From: Patescibacteria group bacterium
Lineage (GTDB): Bacteria > Patescibacteriota > Minisyncoccia > UBA9983
DNA: 58,940 nt
Direction of reading: 5' to 3'
Assembly (NCBI GenBank): GCA_018895015.1
Contig: JAHIOX010000027.1
Coordinates: forward strand, 1 to 58,940
The notes below the pieces were generated by a model, which saw nothing but the letters and a program-made list of their open reading frames with translations, did not search any database and was not told the DNA's origin. Position numbers and translations under genes: made by a program. This document shows positions 9,459 to 18,150 of this stretch, piece by piece (the stretch's first letter is position 1; each line of letters begins with the position of its first letter).

Positions 9459-10988
9459 ATGAATTTAACCAAAATTGTAATTTTGGCCGTTTTTTCTGGC
9501 TTGGGCGGAATGGCAGCAGGATATCTTTTGCACAAGCTCATTGTTCTTCAGCAGAAAAGTTCGGCCGAGGTCAAAATAAAGCAAATTTTATTAGACGCGA
9601 AGACAAAGGCCCAAGGCTCGCTTGAGGAGGCGACTAAAAAGAGCGAAAAAATATTAGAAAGCGCGAAACGCGAGGAAAAAAACGCTCTAGTTCAAATTAG
9701 AAAGCTGGAGGAAAGAGTTCTCCACAAAGAAGAAAGTCTTGAGAAACAAAGGCTGTCTATTGAGAAAGAAAAAGTCGAAATTCAAAGCAGTGTTGAAAAA
9801 CTGAAAAAGAAAAAAGAAGAAATAGACGCTTTGGAAGACCAAAAACGCCTTGAGCTTGAGCGCGTGGCGTCTCTTTCAGAGGAGGACGCCAAAAGCGAGC
9901 TGTTAAAGATAGTTGAAAAGAAATATGAAGACGATATTTTGTCCCGAATTAAAAAAATTGAATCAGCCAGCAAGGACGAATTTGAAAATAGGGCGCGCGA
10001 CATACTGTCATCCGTTATCCAGCGCCTTGCTTCGTCAACAGCCTCAGAAATAACCACGACAGCGGTTCCTATCGTTTCTGACGATTTAAAGGGGAAGATA
10101 ATTGGCAAAGAAGGAAGAAATATAAGGGCTTTTGAGCGCGCGGCAGGAGTGGAAATTATTGTTGATGACACGCCCGGCTCTATTGTTATTTCCAGTTTTG
10201 ACCCAATGAGGCGGCATGTTGCGAGGATCGCTTTGGAAAATCTCATTTTGGATGGCAGGATTCAGCCGGCAAGAATTGAAGAAATGGTGGAGCGCGCCAA
10301 AATTGAAGTTGAAAAATTAACTAAACAAAAAGGCGAGGCCGCCGCGTATGACGCAGGCGTAATTGACCTTGACAGCCGCCTGGTTTCTATTTTAGGAAGG
10401 CTGTATTTTAGAACTAGCTATGGGCAAAATGTTCTTCAGCATTCTGTTGAAGTGGCGCATTTGGCCGGAATGCTTGCTTCCGAGCTTCATGCCGATGTCC
10501 AGACAGCGAAAAAAGGAGCGCTTCTCCACGACATAGGCAAGGCCATGGATCACGAAATCCAAGGAACGCATGTTGAGATAGGAAAAAGAATTTTGCAAAA
10601 ATTTAATGTTGACGAAAAAATAATCAAGGCGATGCAATCGCATCATGAAGAATACGCTTTTGAGACAATTGAATCTATTATTGTTCAATCCGCTGACGCG
10701 ATTTCAAGCTCAAGGCCCGGAGCGCGAAGGGACACTCTTGAGAACTATCTTAAAAGGCTTGAAGACCTTGAAAATATCGCGAATTCTTTTGAAGGCATTG
10801 AAAAAAGCTATGCCATACAAGCCGGGAGAGAAATTAGAGTTTTTGTCAGCCCTGAAAAAATTTCCGATTTGGAGGCGAAAAATCTTGCCAGAGAGATTGC
10901 CGACCGCATTGAAAAAGAATTAAAATATCCAGGAGAAATTAAGGTTCATGTGATTAGAGAAAATAGAATTATTGAATACGCCAGATAG
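9459..10988 (+). CDS. rny: Ribonuclease Y
   Basis: N-terminal TM, coiled coil, KGKIIGKEGRNIR KH, LLHDIGK HD, SRPGARR. Confidence 0.97.
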   Translation: MNLTKIVILAVFSGLGGMAAGYLLHKLIVLQQKSSAEVKIKQILLDAKTKAQGSLEEATKKSEKILESAKREEKNALVQIRKLEERVLHKEESLEKQRLSIEKEKVEIQSSVEKLKKKKEEIDALEDQKRLELERVASLSEEDAKSELLKIVEKKYEDDILSRIKKIESASKDEFENRARDILSSVIQRLASSTASEITTTAVPIVSDDLKGKIIGKEGRNIRAFERAAGVEIIVDDTPGSIVISSFDPMRRHVARIALENLILDGRIQPARIEEMVERAKIEVEKLTKQKGEAAAYDAGVIDLDSRLVSILGRLYFRTSYGQNVLQHSVEVAHLAGMLASELHADVQTAKKGALLHDIGKAMDHEIQGTHVEIGKRILQKFNVDEKIIKAMQSHHEEYAFETIESIIVQSADAISSSRPGARRDTLENYLKRLEDLENIANSFEGIEKSYAIQAGREIRVFVSPEKISDLEAKNLAREIADRIEKELKYPGEIKVHVIRENRIIEYAR

Positions 10989-11086
10989 GGGTTACCCCGA
11001 GCGGAGTCGAGGGGGTTGCCTAAAAAATGGCTTATTATATAATTATTTATAAGGGTCGAAATATTATAAACCACAAATATATTACT

Positions 11087-11359
11087 ATGAACAAAGCAGG
11101 AATCGTAGATGCTGTCCATGAAGTGATTGGCGGCACAAAAACATTAGCCGAACAAGCTGTTGAAAAAATGCTTGATTCAATTGTTTCTTCTCTTAAGAAA
11201 GGAGACGAGGTGTCAATCGCAGGACTTGGAATTTTTTCAGTAAAGCAAAGAGCCGCGCGCCAGGCTCGTAATCCAAAAACCGGCGCGGTAGTAAACGTGC
11301 CGGCAATGAAAGTTCCGAAATTCAGAGCAAGCAAGACATTAAAAGACACGGTAAAATAA
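11087..11359 (+). CDS. hup: DNA-binding protein HU
   Basis: VSIAGLGIF, RAARQARNPKTG, VPKFRASKTLKD; start moved to ATG 11087. Confidence 0.95.
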   Translation: MNKAGIVDAVHEVIGGTKTLAEQAVEKMLDSIVSSLKKGDEVSIAGLGIFSVKQRAARQARNPKTGAVVNVPAMKVPKFRASKTLKDTVK

Positions 11360-11417
11360 GCGAAGTGAAACCCCGCACTTTTTAGTAGCGCGTGGGTAAC
11401 TTCTTTTCCCTGATCAG

Positions 11418-11460
11418 GAAAATTAAAATTCTCCGGCAATATCGGAGAATTTTAATTTTC
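11418..11460. terminator. Perfect 18-bp inverted repeat, probable bidirectional terminator between HU and tRNA-Gly
   Basis: GAAAATTAAAATTCTCCG-gcaatat-CGGAGAATTTTAATTTTC between convergent genes. Confidence 0.7.
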
Positions 11461-11462
11461 TG

Positions 11463-11533
11463 TGCGGGATGGGAGAATCGAACTCCCAACCTCAGTTTGG
11501 AAAACTGATATTTTACCATTAAACTAATCCCGC
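11463..11533 (-). tRNA. tRNA-Gly (TCC)
   Basis: Acceptor GCGGGAT/ATCCCGC, anticodon arm TCAGT-TTTCCAA-ACTGA, GTTCGATTC T loop; no encoded CCA. Confidence 0.93.
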
Positions 11534-11571
11534 GATGAATTGAATTTTAGCAAAAACAAGAGATTTTGTCT

Positions 11572-11606
11572 AAAAACCCCGTCGCGTTAAACGCGACGGG
11601 GTTTTT
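11572..11606. terminator. Bidirectional intrinsic terminator
   Basis: AAAAACCCCGTCGCGT-taa-ACGCGACGGGGTTTTT, T-tract on both strands, just past the stop at 11610. Confidence 0.75.
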
Positions 11607-11609
11607 ATG

Positions 11610-11771
11610 TTAGTCCTCTTCTTCTATGTCAGCTTCCGGGGTCTCCTCTTCTCCCGCATCTTCCATTTCAGTTTCTTCTTCTTTTTCCTCTTCTTCTGTC
11701 GCGGCTGTGTCTGTGTCGCAAGCTCCACAAGCGCTACACCCGCCACAGCTCATTAAAATTTCATCGGCCAT
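11610..11771 (-). CDS. Small protein with CxxCxxCxxC motif and acidic tail
   Basis: 53 aa MADEILMSCGGCSACGACDTD followed by an E/D-rich tail; AT-rich leader and own terminator. Confidence 0.6.
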   Translation of the reverse strand: MADEILMSCGGCSACGACDTDTAATEEEEKEEETEMEDAGEEETPEADIEEED

Positions 11772-11913
11772 GTTTTTTAAGTTTGTTTTTATGTTTGCAA
11801 TTATCCTAATACAAGCCCTCAAATAAAATCGACCCGATAACAGGGCTATATAGCTCTTATGTTATATGGCTTTTATAAAAAGTCAATTTTTTGAAAAAAT
11901 ATCCTAATTAGTT

Positions 11914-11984
11914 TCGGGGTACTCGGATTCGAACCGAGATTAAATCTTCCCAAAAGACTCGTGCTGCCGTTGCACTATACCCCG
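11914..11984 (-). tRNA. tRNA-Pro (TGG)
   Basis: Acceptor CGGGGTA/TACCCCG, anticodon loop TTTGGGA, GTTCGAATC T loop; no encoded CCA. Confidence 0.9.
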
Positions 11985-11998
11985 CCTCTTGCCTGCCA

Positions 11999-12361
11999 TC
12001 AAAGAATCACATTCTTTGTAATCCTTATTTTAGCTTTTTTTGAATTAAAATCAAGGAAAACTGCCATTATGTCAATTTGCCATTCAGTTTCACTCTCCTT
12101 TTCTAAAAGATATGTTTGGATAGCCCGTGCTAAGCGTTTTCTTTTCCATGGATGAACGTTTTCCTCGGGCATATGTTCAGTTTCACGGGAAACAGTTTTT
12201 ACTTCTATAAAATGAAGCATATTATCTTTTCGCGCGACAACATCAATCTCTCCCCATTTTTTTCGGTAATTTCTGTCCAAAATTTCATGGCCATGTTTCA
12301 TGAGAAACTTACAGGCAATATTTTCACCCAACTCGCCTATCTTTTGTTTTTCAGTTTGCAT
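11999..12361 (-). CDS. YraN/UPF0102 family endonuclease-like protein
   Basis: GELGENIA, RNYRKKWGEIDVV, FIEVKT, QIDIMAV. Confidence 0.9.
   Translation of the reverse strand: MQTEKQKIGELGENIACKFLMKHGHEILDRNYRKKWGEIDVVARKDNMLHFIEVKTVSRETEHMPEENVHPWKRKRLARAIQTYLLEKESETEWQIDIMAVFLDFNSKKAKIRITKNVIL
12179..12194. promoter_or_regulatory. parS-like site (2 mismatches) inside yraN
   Basis: AGTTTCACGGGAAACA vs consensus TGTTTCACGTGAAACA; encodes VSRET. Confidence 0.5.
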
Positions 12362-12459
12362 TAATATATTTTATTGGACATTTGTTTGCCGGCTGGCAGA
12401 TAACGGACATGTCCGATAGATGTATATAACTTGTGGAAATCTTGTGCATTAGCTGTTTG

Positions 12460-12531
12460 CGCCCCTGCCAGGATTTGAACCTGGAATACGACGTCCGAAG
12501 CGTCGCGTGATATCCGTTTCACCACAGGGGC
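12460..12531 (-). tRNA. tRNA-Arg (TCG)
   Basis: Acceptor GCCCCTG/CAGGGGC, anticodon arm CGACG-CTTCGGA-CGTCG, GTTCAAATC T loop; no encoded CCA. Confidence 0.92.
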
Positions 12532-12577
12532 ATATATCTATTTTAGCACAAAGATGGTAAAATGTTAATCACAAAAT

Positions 12578-14059
12578 ATGATAAAAAAATATAACATTCC
12601 GGAAATAATTACGCAAACAGGTAAAGCGTTAACAAACGAGGGTTTTGATGCCTATTTAGTCGGCGGATGCGTTCGGGATTTATTGTCAGGCAATAAGCCA
12701 AAAGACTGGGATATTACAACTAATGCCAAGCCGGAGCAAATTCAAAAAATATTTTCAAAAACAGTATATGAAAATAAATACGGCACAGTAGCTGTTATTA
12801 ACGAAGATGTTGATGATTCAAGCTTGAGAGCGATTGAAATAACTCCTTATCGGCTAGAATCAAAATATTCTGACAAAAGGCATCCTGACAAAGTAAGTTT
12901 CACATGTAACCTGGAAGAAGACTTAAAAAGAAGAGATTTTACAATAAATGCTATGGCCATAAATATGGCTAAAGGTGTTTCACGCGAAACAATTGATTTC
13001 TTTGGTGGCAAAAAAGACTTAAAAAATAAGGTTATAAAAGCGGTTGGCAATCCGGAAGACAGATTTAATGAAGACGCTTTGCGTATTTTACGCGCGATTC
13101 GTTTGTCAACAGAGCTAGGTTTTACAATTGACGATGAAACAGAAAATGCCATAAAAAATTGTTCCCATCTTTTAGAAATAATTGCCAAAGAAAGAGTGCG
13201 TGAAGAATTTGTAAAAATTGTCATGAGTCAAAAGCCAAGCGCGGGCATTGAACAAATGCGCAAATTTGGCGTATTAAAGCATATTTCTCCGGAATTAGAA
13301 CAAGGATATGGCGTTGGACAAAACAAAGCGCACAAATTTAATGTTTGGGAGCACAATTTATTTAGTTTGGAGCATGCCGCTTTGAAAAATTGGCCTTTAG
13401 AAATCCGCTTGTCAGCTCTTTTCCATGACGTTGGAAAACCGGCTTCCAGGCGTTGGAATAAGGAAAAAGGCGATTGGACTTTTTATAATCATGAAGTTAT
13501 TGGCGCTAAAATGACCGCGAAAATTCTTTCTCGATTAAAATTTCCCAAAAAAACAATTGATTTAGTCGCTAAGCTTGTCCGTTACCATTTATTTTTTTCA
13601 GACACAGAAAAAATTACTCTTTCCGCTGTTAGAAGGACCGTTAGAAATGTTGGCCCTGAAAATGTGTGGGATTTAATGAAAGTTCGTTTTTGCGACCGTA
13701 TCGGCATGGGTAGGCCTAAAGAAACTCCGTACAGATTGCGAAAATATGAGTCTATGATTGAAGAAGCGATGAGGTCGCCTTTGGCTGTTTCCATGTTGAA
13801 AATTGACGGTAGCCGCGTAATGGCGTTGTTAAAAATACCGCCTGGCCCTAAAATAGGCAATATTTTGCATATTTTGCTTGAGGAAGCAATTGACGTTCCG
13901 GAAAATAATACTAAAGAATGGCTGGAAAATAGGGTTTTGGAATTGGGTAAATTAAACGATAAAGAATTGGAAAAGCTTGGCAAAATGGCAAAGGAATCAA
14001 AAGTAGGTAAAGAGCAGGCAGAAATTAATGAAATCCGCAAACGTTGGTGGGTTAAGTAG
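12578..14059 (+). CDS. cca: CCA tRNA nucleotidyltransferase / poly(A) polymerase family with HD domain
   Basis: YLVGGCVRDLL, DWDITT, DLKRRDFTINAMA, EDALRILRA, LFHDVGK. Confidence 0.88.
   Translation: MIKKYNIPEIITQTGKALTNEGFDAYLVGGCVRDLLSGNKPKDWDITTNAKPEQIQKIFSKTVYENKYGTVAVINEDVDDSSLRAIEITPYRLESKYSDKRHPDKVSFTCNLEEDLKRRDFTINAMAINMAKGVSRETIDFFGGKKDLKNKVIKAVGNPEDRFNEDALRILRAIRLSTELGFTIDDETENAIKNCSHLLEIIAKERVREEFVKIVMSQKPSAGIEQMRKFGVLKHISPELEQGYGVGQNKAHKFNVWEHNLFSLEHAALKNWPLEIRLSALFHDVGKPASRRWNKEKGDWTFYNHEVIGAKMTAKILSRLKFPKKTIDLVAKLVRYHLFFSDTEKITLSAVRRTVRNVGPENVWDLMKVRFCDRIGMGRPKETPYRLRKYESMIEEAMRSPLAVSMLKIDGSRVMALLKIPPGPKIGNILHILLEEAIDVPENNTKEWLENRVLELGKLNDKELEKLGKMAKESKVGKEQAEINEIRKRWWVK
12976..12991. 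promoter_or_regulatory. parS-like site (1 mismatch) inside cca
   Basis: TGTTTCACGCGAAACA vs TGTTTCACGTGAAACA; encodes VSRET; about 10 kb from oriC. Confidence 0.65.
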
Positions 14060-14992
14060 CTATTTTTTTTGTTTCCCATGAAACATTTTGTGTATTTCAC
14101 GGAGCTGTTTATCTGTAATATGCGTATAAATCTGGGTAGTACTGATGTTGGAATGGCCGAGCATTGATTGCACAGACCTTATATCTGCCCCAGCGCTTAA
14201 AAGATCTGTGGCAAAGCAATGCCTTAGAGTGTGCGGGGTGACCTTTTTAGATATGCCGGCTTTTATGGCGTAATATTTAATAATTCTTTGGATTGAGCGA
14301 GGCGTTAATCGTGAAATATTTTCTAAAAGCCCTTTTCCGTTGGATTGGCTGCCGAAGTTTATAAATAAGGCTTCTTCCGCGTCTGCTCTTTTGCCCAAAT
14401 AATTTTTTAAAGATTGTTCGGCGCTTTCGGATATAAAAACTACTCTTATTTTACCGCCTTTCCCTCTTATTGAAATTTCGCTGTTTTTTGCTTCGTCTAT
14501 TTGGTTTCTGTTAAGTGAGCAAAGTTCGGAAACGCGCAAGCCAGAGGAGAACAAAAGCTCCAATATGGCTTTATCTCGCAGGTTTTTGAAAACATCAGCC
14601 GGTTTATCTGTTTCACTGCTTTTACTTATCGCGCTAAATAGTCTTATTAGTTCGTCCTGGCTTATTATTTCAATTTGGCGTTGGGCTATTTTTGAAAGTT
14701 CAATTCTCTCCGAGCTTAAAGAATGTATATCCCGCTTTGCCAGATATTTTAAAAACATTCTTAAGGCGATTAGGTGATAGTTTTGAGTTTTGCGGTCCAT
14801 TGTGCCCAGCCGGTTAAGCCACAGGCGGTATTTTCTGACTATTTCATCGTTAATTTCAGCCGGGTTTTGCAGTTTGGAAAACTCCAAAAAGCGTTTTAAA
14901 TATCGGTCATAATTATCCAGAGTCTTTAAACTGCGTCCTTTTTCTATCTCAAGGTATTCCAAAAAATCATTTTTTAGATCAAAAAGTTTCAT
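14060..14992 (-). CDS. XerC/XerD-like tyrosine recombinase
   Basis: RDKAILELLFSSGLRVSEL, GKGGKIR, TPHTLRH, LGHSNISTTQIY catalytic set; start moved to ATG 14992. Confidence 0.9.
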   Translation of the reverse strand: MKLFDLKNDFLEYLEIEKGRSLKTLDNYDRYLKRFLEFSKLQNPAEINDEIVRKYRLWLNRLGTMDRKTQNYHLIALRMFLKYLAKRDIHSLSSERIELSKIAQRQIEIISQDELIRLFSAISKSSETDKPADVFKNLRDKAILELLFSSGLRVSELCSLNRNQIDEAKNSEISIRGKGGKIRVVFISESAEQSLKNYLGKRADAEEALFINFGSQSNGKGLLENISRLTPRSIQRIIKYYAIKAGISKKVTPHTLRHCFATDLLSAGADIRSVQSMLGHSNISTTQIYTHITDKQLREIHKMFHGKQKK

Positions 14993-15060
14993 GAGAAACA
15001 AAATTGTTTAATTTTTAATACCATGTCGCACAATATTATTATAGCAAAAAGCATATTTAT

Positions 15061-15088
15061 TTGCAAAAAAAAATTATTCTGATATAAT
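15061..15088 (+). promoter_or_regulatory. Sigma70-type promoter for rpsO operon
   Basis: TTGCAA (15061-15066), 16 nt, TATAAT with TGn extension (15080-15088), 6 nt before ATG 15095. Confidence 0.65.
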
Positions 15089-15094
15089 TTGATT

Positions 15095-15427
15095 ATGCTA
15101 AAAACCAAACAAAAACAATCCGTTATAGAGAAATTCAAGGCCCACGATAAAGATACAGGGTCTCCGGAAGTGCAAATAGGGCTTTTGACTGAGCAGATTA
15201 GCGAGCTTGCCAAGCATCTCAAAACGCATAAAAAGGACAACCATTCAAGACTGGGTCTTTTAAAGATGGTTGCTCGAAGAAGGGCATTAACAAGCTATCT
15301 TGCTAAAAAGGACGAGAAAAGGCATTCTTTTTTGGCTAAAAAACTTGAAACTGAAAAAACGGTTTCCACTAAAACTAAAACTAAAACTAAGGTTAAAGCT
15401 AAAGCTATAAATAAAGCTAAAAAATAA
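15095..15427 (+). CDS. rpsO: 30S ribosomal protein S15 with Lys-rich C-terminal extension
   Basis: HDKDTGSPEVQI, HLKTHKKDNHSRLGLLKMV; tail KTKTKTKVKAKAINKAKK. Confidence 0.95.
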   Translation: MLKTKQKQSVIEKFKAHDKDTGSPEVQIGLLTEQISELAKHLKTHKKDNHSRLGLLKMVARRRALTSYLAKKDEKRHSFLAKKLETEKTVSTKTKTKTKVKAKAINKAKK

Positions 15428-15948
15428 TGTTGGAAATATTTTATTCAACGAAGTATAAAAATCAGCGCGTTGCCGTGCTGATTGATGTTCAGAATTTATA
15501 TCATTCCGCGAGAGCGCTTTTTCAAAAGCGCGTAAATTTTAAAGAGCTTTTAGAGACAGCGGTTGGCGACAGGCAATTAATTCGCGCCTTTGCCTATGTT
15601 GTTTCAACAAAAACAGGCGAAGAAAAGCCTTTTTTTGAGGCGCTTTCTAAGCTTGGAATTGAAATCCGCGTTAAGGAATTGCAAGAATACTATGACGGCA
15701 TGAAAAAGGCGGATTGGGATGTTGGAATTGCCGTTGACGCGATAAAAACAGCAAGTATTGTTGATGTCATAGTTTTGGCAAGCGGAGACGGCGATTACAC
15801 CCCTCTTGTTGAATACCTTAAAAATCAGGGGAGAAGGGTAGAGGTGATGGCTTTTGGCAAATCTACTTCTACGAAATTAAGGGAAATCGCGGATAATTTT
15901 ATTGATCTGGACGAAAATCCAAAGAAATTTTTAATTAAAAGTTATTAG
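15427..15948 (+). CDS. NYN/LabA (PIN-like) domain protein
   Basis: VLIDVQNLY, KKADWDVGIAVD, SGDGDYTPLV, GRRVEV acidic tetrad. Confidence 0.9.
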   Translation: MLEIFYSTKYKNQRVAVLIDVQNLYHSARALFQKRVNFKELLETAVGDRQLIRAFAYVVSTKTGEEKPFFEALSKLGIEIRVKELQEYYDGMKKADWDVGIAVDAIKTASIVDVIVLASGDGDYTPLVEYLKNQGRRVEVMAFGKSTSTKLREIADNFIDLDENPKKFLIKSY

Positions 15949-15951
15949 ATT

Positions 15952-18150
15952 ATGCAAATAAAAAAATACGAAACCGATTTTGGCGGTAAGAAATTAGTAG
16001 TGGAAATATCTGATTTGGCAGACCAGGCAAACGGGTCTGTTTTAGTGCGTTACGGAGACACGGCTGTTTTCGCGACCGCGGTTATGTCAAACCAGAAAAA
16101 AGAAGGGCTTGGCTATTTTCCGCTCTCTGTGGATTACGAGGAAAAATTTTATGCCGCAGGCATGATTTTGGGAAGCAGATTTGTCAGGCGCGAAGGCAAG
16201 CCATCTGAAGAGGCTATTTTGACCAGCCGTTTGATAGACCGCACGATCAGGCCTTTGTTTAATGAACAAATTAGAAACGAAATTCAGGTTGTTGTGCTCG
16301 CATTGTCAGTTGACGGAGTAAATGACCCTGATGTTCCGGCAATAATTGCCGCCTCTTTGGCTCTTGGAATATCTGACATTCCGTGGGACGGCCCTGTTGG
16401 TGCGGTTAGAATGGGATATTGCGGCGGAAAATTTATTGTCAATCCTTCGTATGGAGAACGGAAAGAAGCGCTTTTAGACAATGTTGTTTGTGGAAAAGAC
16501 GAATTAATAAATATGGTTGAGGCAAGCGCGAAAGAAGCGCCTGAAGATATTGTCGCAAGCAGTTTTGCCGAGGCTGTTAAGGAAATTGAAAAAATCGAGG
16601 AATTTCAAAAGGGCATTATAAAAGAAATAGGCAAAGAAAAAGCTGAAATTGAAATAAGTAAAGAGCCGGCAGGAATTCGGGATTTTTTTAAGAAGAATAT
16701 TTTGAAAAAACTTGAAGAAGCTTTGTATTATCAAGATACAACAAAAAAGAGCGGTTTAATCGCCGAGGTTAAAAATTATTGGATGCAGATTGCAAAAGAA
16801 GAATTTGAAGAGCTGAATCTGCATATGGCTGATGACATTTTTGAAAAAAATATTAATGACATACTCCATGACGGAATAATAAATGCTCCTGACGGGCAAG
16901 AGAAAAGGCCGGACGGAAGGAAAATTGACAAAGTGAGGCCGCTTTCTGCTGTTGTGGGCATGCTCCCCCTTTCTCATGGTTCGGGGGTATTTTTTAGGGG
17001 AGGAACGCATGTTTTGTCTGTTGTTACTCTTGGCGGTCCGGCAGATGTATTGTTGATTGAGGGAATGGAAATGAAAACAACCAAGCATTTTATGCATCAT
17101 TACAATTTCCCGCCATTTTCAACAGGAGAAACAGGCAGAATGGCATGGCCTGGCAGGCGCGAGGTTGGGCACGGCGCTTTGGCTGAACGAGCTTTGTCTC
17201 CGGTTATACCCGCGAAAGAAGATTTCCCTTATACTATCAGGGTTGTGTCAGAATCCATGGCTTCAAACGGTTCAACTTCCCAAGGGTCTGTTTGCGCCGC
17301 CACTCTTGCTTTAATGGACGCGGGAGTTCCTATAAAAAACCCAATCGCGGGCATTGCCATCGGGTTGATGTCGCAGGATAAAAAATACAAAATTTTAACA
17401 GATATTCAGGGCCCCGAAGACCATCATGGGGATATGGATTTTAAATGCGCCGGAAGCAAAGACGGCGTTACTGCTATTCAAATGGATGTTAAAGTGCAGG
17501 GCGTTACAGTTGAAATTCTTGAAAAAAGTTTGATCCAAGCAAAAAAGGCGAGAATGGAAATTTTAGAAGAAATGCTTGAAGTGATGCCAGAACCTCGCAA
17601 AGAGCTTTCAAGGTATGCCCCTTGTATTTTAAGACTGCAGATAAATCCTGATAAAATAAGAGATGTCATCGGTCCCGGCGGAAAGGTGATTAATGATATT
17701 ATCGCGAGAACCGGCGCTGAAATTGACATAGAACAGGACGGCTTGGTTTTTATTACGGGAAGGAATCATGAAGATTCGGAAAAGGCAAAAAAAATTATTG
17801 AAGAATTGACGCATGAGTATAAGGAAGGAGATATTGTTACAGGACCGGTAACCCGCTTGTTTGAGTTTGGCGCGATGGTGGGAATCGGCCCGGCGCAAGA
17901 AGGATTAATCCACATATCAGAACTTGCTCCTTCAAGGGTTGATAAAGTTACTGATGTTGTAAGATCGGGAGATGTTGTTACTGTAAAGGTGATAGGAATT
18001 GATGAAAAAGGAAGAGTCAATCTTTCGCTAAAGCAAGCAAATTCAAGCTATAGCCCGGAACTTGACCAGAGAAATAATAGAAACAACAACGATGTTAAAC
18101 CAAACAGCTTCAAACAACGCGATAACCGAAGGCAAGGGAGAAGAGAGTAA
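15952..18150 (+). CDS. pnp: Polyribonucleotide nucleotidyltransferase
   Basis: SRLIDRTIRPLF, HHYNFPPFS, RREVGHG, SNGSTSQG, GDMDFK, KH and S1 domains. Confidence 0.97.
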   Translation: MQIKKYETDFGGKKLVVEISDLADQANGSVLVRYGDTAVFATAVMSNQKKEGLGYFPLSVDYEEKFYAAGMILGSRFVRREGKPSEEAILTSRLIDRTIRPLFNEQIRNEIQVVVLALSVDGVNDPDVPAIIAASLALGISDIPWDGPVGAVRMGYCGGKFIVNPSYGERKEALLDNVVCGKDELINMVEASAKEAPEDIVASSFAEAVKEIEKIEEFQKGIIKEIGKEKAEIEISKEPAGIRDFFKKNILKKLEEALYYQDTTKKSGLIAEVKNYWMQIAKEEFEELNLHMADDIFEKNINDILHDGIINAPDGQEKRPDGRKIDKVRPLSAVVGMLPLSHGSGVFFRGGTHVLSVVTLGGPADVLLIEGMEMKTTKHFMHHYNFPPFSTGETGRMAWPGRREVGHGALAERALSPVIPAKEDFPYTIRVVSESMASNGSTSQGSVCAATLALMDAGVPIKNPIAGIAIGLMSQDKKYKILTDIQGPEDHHGDMDFKCAGSKDGVTAIQMDVKVQGVTVEILEKSLIQAKKARMEILEEMLEVMPEPRKELSRYAPCILRLQINPDKIRDVIGPGGKVINDIIARTGAEIDIEQDGLVFITGRNHEDSEKAKKIIEELTHEYKEGDIVTGPVTRLFEFGAMVGIGPAQEGLIHISELAPSRVDKVTDVVRSGDVVTVKVIGIDEKGRVNLSLKQANSSYSPELDQRNNRNNNDVKPNSFKQRDNRRQGRRE

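Noticed and set aside
12387-12415. TGCCGGCTGGCA and CGGACATGTCCG palindromes upstream of yraN as operators
   Set aside because: Single short occurrences with no cognate regulator; could be repeat relics or chance
14060-14992. Tyrosine recombinase as an island or prophage integrase at the tRNA cluster
   Set aside because: XerC/D-sized, flanked by cca and rpsO; no att duplication of a tRNA end or cargo genes seen
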